In this document: positions 15,801-20,000 of the stretch, piece by piece | Layout of the letters: the number at the start of each line of letters is the position of its first letter | Position numbering within the stretch: position 1 is the first letter of the stretch | Source: an uncultured virus (IMG/VR IMGVR_UViG_3300025141_000059) | Taxonomy: Duplodnaviria > Heunggongvirae > Uroviricota > Caudoviricetes | Reading direction: 5' to 3' (one strand) | Length of the DNA stretch: 20,000 nucleotides | IMG/VR virus record: IMGVR_UViG_3300025141_000059 | Program-made: the position numbers and the translations under genes | Notes under the pieces: model-generated | Databases searched by the model: none | The model's input: the letters and a program-made list of their open reading frames with translations, nothing else | What the model was told of the DNA's origin: nothing

Positions 15801-18800
15801 CTTGTACTCCTTGAATTTTTTTAGCAGTAGAACCTTTTTTAGGTTTTGCAGGTTTTTCATACTGCTGTATTCTATCCATTGTACTATTAAACTTAGCCCA
15901 TTCTGGTTTTTTATCAAAACCGCTTACAGGTTTAGCCATAGATTTAGCTACTAAAGGTTGAGCTACTGGCTGTGTTGGTTTTTTAAAGAGATAATTATAG
16001 TCCTTGTACGATTGCATAGTTACACCTTGAGGTTTTATTTTACTCTCTTTGATGTATTTAGGGTCCTCAAAAACAAAATCATCATCGTAACCTTTACTTC
16101 TTTGCGCACTAACGTGTTCAGGACTAGCTATATAAAGAGATTCTCCAGTGTCAAATATTTTATAAGCCCCTCCTTTGGTATTAAATTTTTCATTCTCTTT
16201 TAAAATAAGATCATAAGGATACTTTGAAGGGTCAGCACTATTACTTCTTGCTATATCACGGTAAAATTGCTTATGCTGTTCATAAAGATTTAAACTGTCA
16301 TTATAATCATTATAAGCTTGTTCTCTTTTTTTAAACTCTTCTTCTCTTTTTTTAAACTCTTCAGGATCTGATATGTATTTTACATCACCTCCATCCTGAT
16401 ATTCTGGAAGTTGTCCTCCACCTTGAAACTTAGGTAGAGATCCTCCGCTTTCTAAAAACCGTACATTTCTATACATACCACCTTTATTTCTAGGATATCT
16501 TCTTCTACTGTTTTTTCTATCTTCTCTTTTTTCTCTTCTGGCTTCTTTTCTTTCTAACCTTTCCATCTCTTTTCCCAATCCAATAGTTCCAAGACCAATC
16601 ATGGGTTCATCCCGAGGATTTCCACGTTCTCTTTCTGATATAAACATTTGATTAACTTCTTCAGGGCTAAAAAAATCATATAAACCTCCCATATTATTTA
16701 AATCATACTGCTGCAATCTTTCAGAATTACTTATTACATTTTTAGGTGTTCCCTCCTGATACTGAGGTAAGTATCCTCCGTCTTGAAATTCAAATGTTTT
16801 TGCTTCTGTTTTACCAGGAATACTATCGGGAGTAGTATGTATTTCGACAATTCCTTCGTGTCTACCGAAAGGACTTGAAAAGGAAGGAGGACTAATATTA
16901 ATACTTTTAATTTTATTTGTCAGTGTACTTGGAGAATCAAAAGGATTACTCACATCATATACACTATCAAGATTAGCAGCAACAAGTCTAAGTTCGTCGA
17001 GTGAAAGCCCAGTAGGGTCATCAAAAACATTTTCAATTCTATATGATACAGGGTCCTCTTCATAATAAATCTTATTTCCTTCATCATCCAACTCCGCCCC
17101 TTGTATTGCTTCTAGATCACTTTCTTGTGCATCTTTATACCAATTTAAAGACAGGGCTTTCGGAGTATTTCCATTTTTACTTAATACCATCGGGGTCGAC
17201 CATGTTCTTTCGTCATCCCAATTCTCAGAGGCAAACCCCATTTCTTCAGCAGGAAAATTCTCAAAATTCTGAAGATCGTGCTTAGTATTGAGCAAAGGCA
17301 TAGTTGAATAGGGCTCCTCTAACGTCCAAGTCTGTTTAATATGCTCTTCAAGTTGTTCTCTAGACATATTTGCATAAGGAGCAGCAGGTGCTGGGGATAT
17401 ATAAGGCCTAGGTGTTACTGGTGTAGCTATACTTGAGGAGTTATATGTGCTTGGAATAGCAGATACCGGTTGATCCACCGACGTCCACCTCTGAGGCCAC
17501 AGCGTTTGGTTTTTATCCGAAGCAAGTTCAGTTGTATATCTTTTCCCTTCATAAGTAAACTCTTTTTCTCCAGCAGCTCTTGCCTGTCTGAATGCTTCTC
17601 CACGAGTCATAGTTTTTTCTACAGGTCTCTGTTCAAATCCCATGACTGGTTCAGCCATAGTAGTTCTTGCTTTAAGTTCAGGAGTAGTATCTAAGTTCCA
17701 ATTTCTTACAATAACAGAATCAGAATATCCTGATTCTCTTAATTGATTGTAAGAGTATTTTTTACCATCAGTATGCATAAGATTTACAGCATCTCTATCT
17801 CCTTGCCATCCTTTTACAGGACCTCCATCCTGATATTTAGGAAGCTGTCCTCCGTCTCTAAATTCAGTTAAAGGAGTTGTGCGATTATTTCCACCAAATT
17901 CAGGCTTCTTAGTAGTTGATATTCTCTTATTATTCTTATCATAATAAATTCTACCATATATATCAAAAGGGTTAAACAGTAGTCTTTCAGACATATCTCC
18001 TATCTTTTCAAGTAGTTTATTTAAACGACCATCTTTATCAATCTCTCTATGTTTTTCATATTCCATGATATTATCAATAGAACTTCTTATACCTAATACT
18101 CGTTTAGCAATTCGTTCAGGGTCTAAATCCCAACGATCTTTATATTCAAGGTAAAAACCTCCATCTTTAGTATTTACTTTATTAACTGAATGTCGTCCAA
18201 ATGTATAATCTCCAAAAGGTTTAACACCACTTGCTCTACCATCAGCAACAGCTGCTTTCTTTAAGTCTGGGTCGTCCTTTAAAGTAGCAGTTAAATCATC
18301 AGGAAATTCATCCTCATAACCTTTTAATTGAAAAGTACCTTCTTGATAAGGCGATGGTTCAAATATATTTTTACCTACTTGCTCTTCACCAAGATACTTT
18401 CTAAAAGCATTGGATTCCGCCTCGGCTGCTCCGCTAAATACGGAGTAGCTGTTGGCAGCAGTTCTGGGTTTAGGATAGATCATTTGATCTCTAAAGTCTT
18501 GAAAATCAAGATTATATCCTGTGAAAGTATCAATATTAGATATATTCTTCCGCCAATTTAGAGGGTTTAAATCTCTTCTTTCTTGTTTCTTCTTTTGTTG
18601 CTCCTGCGCCCGTATTTCAGGAACAGCCATTGTTTTAGTCTCTTCTTCATGCTGTAATTGATTTTCTTCAAACTTTCTTCCGTTTTGATACTTAGGTAAT
18701 GAGCCTCCGTCTCTATATTCTAAACCTTGTACTCCTGGACCTCCTCCGGTTGCATATTGCGGAAGACCGGCCGAGGTCATCTGTCGGTTCTGTACGATCT

Positions 18801-20000
18801 TCATGATAGCTCCCTCAAGTGAGATGTCTCCTGCTTGGAGTTCCGGATCATTGATCAGCTCCTGCAACTCTTCCTGAATGAGCTCCGTACCCATCTCTGC
18901 AGCTGCTTCCTGGATCTGGTCCATGCTCTCTCCAGGGATGATGGATTGCGACGCGTTACCTGCCTCTGCAACTTCTTCGTTGGTCTTCTTTATCTCGTTG
19001 ATGATACTATTGATACCATCTTCGATCTCAATGGGCTGTATCTCACTGATAGGTTTGAGGTTCTCAATTCCATTCTGGACGGTACTGACAGTGTCTCCCA
19101 CTGCTCCCTTTGCACTCTCTATTCCGGCCTCAATCACTCCCGTAGCCTGATCGAGTTCATCCATACCCTCCATGATATTGCCCTCGACAAAGCTCAGTGC
19201 CAGGATAAAGTCAGCATAATCCTCGCCCATGTAACGGATCCTGTCGATCCTCTCCACAGCCCCGTCGAGTTTCTTTTTTGTCTCAGGAACACCGTCCCTC
19301 AGGAGATCCAGGGTTTCCAGGGCCGTGTATCTGGCCTCAGGGACCGCATTCCTTGGAGCAGCGATCATATCCTTGGCCGTATTATCCAGAACCTCTCCGG
19401 TTTTGGACGCCAGAGTGTATGGTTCCCTGTAATCGTAATTGACACGGCTGTCCTTTAGATGTGCCTCCATCATGGCGTCGTGATCTATGTTCAGTGAAGA
19501 CGAATAGTCAGCAACGAAGTTCGTATACGAGACCCCCTCAGGAGTATTCGGCATCTCCTTGATGTGAATATTGCGGAACATCTCTATCCCTTCAGCAATA
19601 CTCTCTCTTGAGAATCCCTTCTTGTTGGTGAAGTCATTCCTGATCATATTGTCGATCCCCTTATTATGGGCCAGGGACAGAATGTTCCGTTTGGTGATGT
19701 CATCCTCCTCAGTGAACTGGTCTCCGAGCATCTGCTCCAAAAGGGTGTAGTTCCTGGCGGTGTTCAACATGGTCGCTGCAGCCGATATCCGCGGGTCGTA
19801 GATGGAATTGTGGTCCACTCCGTATCGGTCGAGTAGATCTCTGTCCGCCTGGCCTTCGAAGTTCCCTTCCAACTTGATCTGTGATGGGCCCTCACTGAAC
19901 GGGTCAGTATTCAGACGTCCCTTGAACAACTCACCGAATGTCTGTTTGTAGCTCCGAATGATGTTCCGCGGGTATTCTCTTTTTCTTACGTACCCTTCCC
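12847..20000 (-). CDS. Giant modular (polyprotein-like) protein, >2380 aa, 5'-truncated; putative virion cargo/effector array
   Basis: The frame stays open beyond the track's TTG at 19929 to the window edge (..EGYVRKREYPRNIIRSYKQTFGEL..), so the true start is outside the window. About seven dissimilar modules are separated by recurrent xxGG linkers. It ends in TAG, followed by ACA TAA. Confidence 0.85.
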   Translation of the reverse strand, partial: EGYVRKREYPRNIIRSYKQTFGELFKGRLNTDPFSEGPSQIKLEGNFEGQADRDLLDRYGVDHNSIYDPRISAAATMLNTARNYTLLEQMLGDQFTEEDDITKRNILSLAHNKGIDNMIRNDFTNKKGFSRESIAEGIEMFRNIHIKEMPNTPEGVSYTNFVADYSSSLNIDHDAMMEAHLKDSRVNYDYREPYTLASKTGEVLDNTAKDMIAAPRNAVPEARYTALETLDLLRDGVPETKKKLDGAVERIDRIRYMGEDYADFILALSFVEGNIMEGMDELDQATGVIEAGIESAKGAVGDTVSTVQNGIENLKPISEIQPIEIEDGINSIINEIKKTNEEVAEAGNASQSIIPGESMDQIQEAAAEMGTELIQEELQELINDPELQAGDISLEGAIMKIVQNRQMTSAGLPQYATGGGPGVQGLEYRDGGSLPKYQNGRKFEENQLQHEEETKTMAVPEIRAQEQQKKKQERRDLNPLNWRKNISNIDTFTGYNLDFQDFRDQMIYPKPRTAANSYSVFSGAAEAESNAFRKYLGEEQVGKNIFEPSPYQEGTFQLKGYEDEFPDDLTATLKDDPDLKKAAVADGRASGVKPFGDYTFGRHSVNKVNTKDGGFYLEYKDRWDLDPERIAKRVLGIRSSIDNIMEYEKHREIDKDGRLNKLLEKIGDMSERLLFNPFDIYGRIYYDKNNKRISTTKKPEFGGNNRTTPLTEFRDGGQLPKYQDGGPVKGWQGDRDAVNLMHTDGKKYSYNQLRESGYSDSVIVRNWNLDTTPELKARTTMAEPVMGFEQRPVEKTMTRGEAFRQARAAGEKEFTYEGKRYTTELASDKNQTLWPQRWTSVDQPVSAIPSTYNSSSIATPVTPRPYISPAPAAPYANMSREQLEEHIKQTWTLEEPYSTMPLLNTKHDLQNFENFPAEEMGFASENWDDERTWSTPMVLSKNGNTPKALSLNWYKDAQESDLEAIQGAELDDEGNKIYYEEDPVSYRIENVFDDPTGLSLDELRLVAANLDSVYDVSNPFDSPSTLTNKIKSINISPPSFSSPFGRHEGIVEIHTTPDSIPGKTEAKTFEFQDGGYLPQYQEGTPKNVISNSERLQQYDLNNMGGLYDFFSPEEVNQMFISERERGNPRDEPMIGLGTIGLGKEMERLERKEARREKREDRKNSRRRYPRNKGGMYRNVRFLESGGSLPKFQGGGQLPEYQDGGDVKYISDPEEFKKREEEFKKREQAYNDYNDSLNLYEQHKQFYRDIARSNSADPSKYPYDLILKENEKFNTKGGAYKIFDTGESLYIASPEHVSAQRSKGYDDDFVFEDPKYIKESKIKPQGVTMQSYKDYNYLFKKPTQPVAQPLVAKSMAKPVSGFDKKPEWAKFNSTMDRIQQYEKPAKPKKGSTAKKIQGVQGLPYEYGGSLPKYQTGGELPKYQDGAPEHIPSTAYNAGPAWGHMLPEVKVEDTLDRTNPTAVRNWSQKHDPIAYAARENMESAADVINSSADFAPGYGDARDVMHLVKAIKDRDWGTVGIAAGAAALPFVGYGMYKGAKRIYNGRRGYTKGQERILDEVAQNSGDRADFFDAAAEEGLQPRQMKGGETQKRMDAYYERSNAVEMRSHDLDAEMDVMTVDDHNAIVDRENMRRMSQELDIRDAVESEDYLQGLQFYADGIDPNIVGRIDDAAMRDFLSSTLGPPRSYLARRSPIQKFHGAIKDPKRNLILPLKQAYQKGKLSPKALFYNSQNKLPGDSDAHSMFGVSPTAAHSKAKDIEEGVLGAGNRFSEQSLSSDSFRLLYPKLGSAVRKGDFNISHTGAFNPMNSSGKKFVPEGGGSEETLEMANKYLERLRVNTGADIPNAKMIDRRVHLPDIVAERTGKTSLKHKFDRNKDIITATGAGTATAGLYGAMFNIQEITDYLDKKIKPTKPKMRNGGTWWEKKMMQNGGPAESTGVAMPRPLGELEEIQPLEPWAGRGIREAGYGPGASPLNIPLSGTEKVARTFHDAGTKAALLPRTMFTLEGPSQEELDAGRKGWKGRGNSMVEGATWEMGAGMIGAGLGAGARYAGNRLANMKTPMQAYRDMNYRGLNRSLEGKMPEGRNEYPQMWDDILEEGITKEKFLDDHIQHYPTSDDMAAEAAREAAGLPPEGLGDLLGDIFGKKPKSPEHLDALNKMGRDMVERGMSDKTAPLRDQLGVKASFGSTPALKPLNFPSAFEKRRAELMMDRNILDEDVLRILNKEFGPDQTLSETVRYLKNLEKYPADLKNDIFSSFNPIERSDIKGMDKLYQGSSPFKDDVVMKHYNKELARWNEMYKKVGKEPPEGAFNAINEKMRARMNRLGNSEEQRALTTYDPTDRIEVYDEINGTWKEKLNALGEDLLKPRKHSYNKYGGYYNGSQGWKL
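14212..14271 (-). repeat. Degenerate linker: KPKMRNGG-TWWEKK-MMQNGG
   Basis: Two MxNGG copies in the translation, separating the last two modules. Confidence 0.6.
15728..15810 (-). repeat. Linker repeat GVQGLPYEYGG-SLPKYQTGG-ELPKYQDG; left direct repeat of the AT-rich block
   Basis: TTGATACTTAGG occurs at 15733 and 15760 (27-bp period). 15760-15810 matches 18685-18735 at 42 of 51 positions by hand alignment. Confidence 0.9.
16321..16362. repeat. Perfect 21-bp tandem duplication (EEFKKRE x2)
   Basis: TTCTCTTTTTTTAAACTCTTC at 16321-16341 and 16342-16362. Confidence 0.9.
16387..16458 (-). repeat. Linker repeat FLESGG-SLPKFQGGG-QLPEYQDGG
   Basis: Read from the translation. The DNA shares CTTAGGTAGAGATCCTCCG with the 15766-15784 copy. 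Confidence 0.9.
16751..16791 (-). repeat. Linker repeat EFQDGG-YLPQYQEG
   Basis: Read from the translation. Confidence 0.85.
17821..17865 (-). repeat. Linker repeat EFRDGG-QLPKYQDGG
   Basis: Read from the translation. The DNA ACCTCCATCCTGATATT is shared with 16387-16403. Confidence 0.9.
18680..18768 (-). repeat. Linker repeat GLPQYATGGG-PGVQGLEYRDGG-SLPKYQNG; right direct repeat of the AT-rich block
   Basis: Read from the translation. 18685-18735 is the partner of 15760-15810. Confidence 0.9.

Noticed and set aside
15760..18735. AT-rich block read as an intein, intron or IS element
   Set aside because: There are no intein C...HN ends, no LAGLIDADG/HNH or transposase motifs, and no terminal inverted repeats. 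The frame is continuous.
15728..18768. Linker repeats read as a CRISPR array or DGR template/variable repeats
   Set aside because: Spacing is hundreds of bp and irregular. The repeats are degenerate, in frame and conserved as protein. Mismatches are not adenine-specific, and no cas or reverse transcriptase gene is in the window.
55..19458. Numerous plus-strand ORFs (e.g. 55-729, 2421-3098, 11942-12532, 18835-19458) and short nested minus-strand ORFs
   Set aside because: They are antisense or out-of-frame shadows of the tightly packed minus-strand genes, with no recognisable motifs.
19927..19929. TTG start given by the ORF track for the giant gene
   Set aside because: The frame is open to position 20000, so the real start most likely lies outside the window.
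1..20000. Stop-codon reassignment (TAG=Gln or TGA=Trp), known in some crAss-like phages
   Set aside because: All genes are full length under code 11. TGA ends 9021-9953 in a TGATG overlap, and the single TAG at 12847 is followed two codons later by TAA. Nothing here supports recoding.

Overview
This window is a single minus-strand operon from a tailed phage, best read as the capsid/structural module of a crAss-like (Crassvirales-type) phage, probably of a Bacteroidota host. In transcription order it holds: a giant protein of more than 2380 aa that runs off the window edge, an acidic putative scaffold, the major capsid protein, a crAss gene-75-like protein, a tail ring protein, a putative auxiliary capsid protein, a small Cys-rich protein, a 1041-aa Cys-repeat surface protein, two fibre/spike-like proteins, a small helical protein and the start of one more gene. 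The most unusual feature is the giant ORF. It is an in-frame array of about seven unrelated modules joined by a recurring 9-aa (27-bp) xLP(K/Q/E)(Y/F)QxGG / (Y/F/M)xxGG linker. A roughly 2.9-kb AT-rich block of four modules sits exactly between two 51-bp imperfect direct repeats. Other modules carry a lytic-transglycosylase-like motif set and a pre-toxin-like (PT-TG-like) segment. This suggests a recombination-shuffled, possibly protease-processed virion cargo/effector polyprotein. All family assignments come from motif recognition and gene order by eye; no searches were run.
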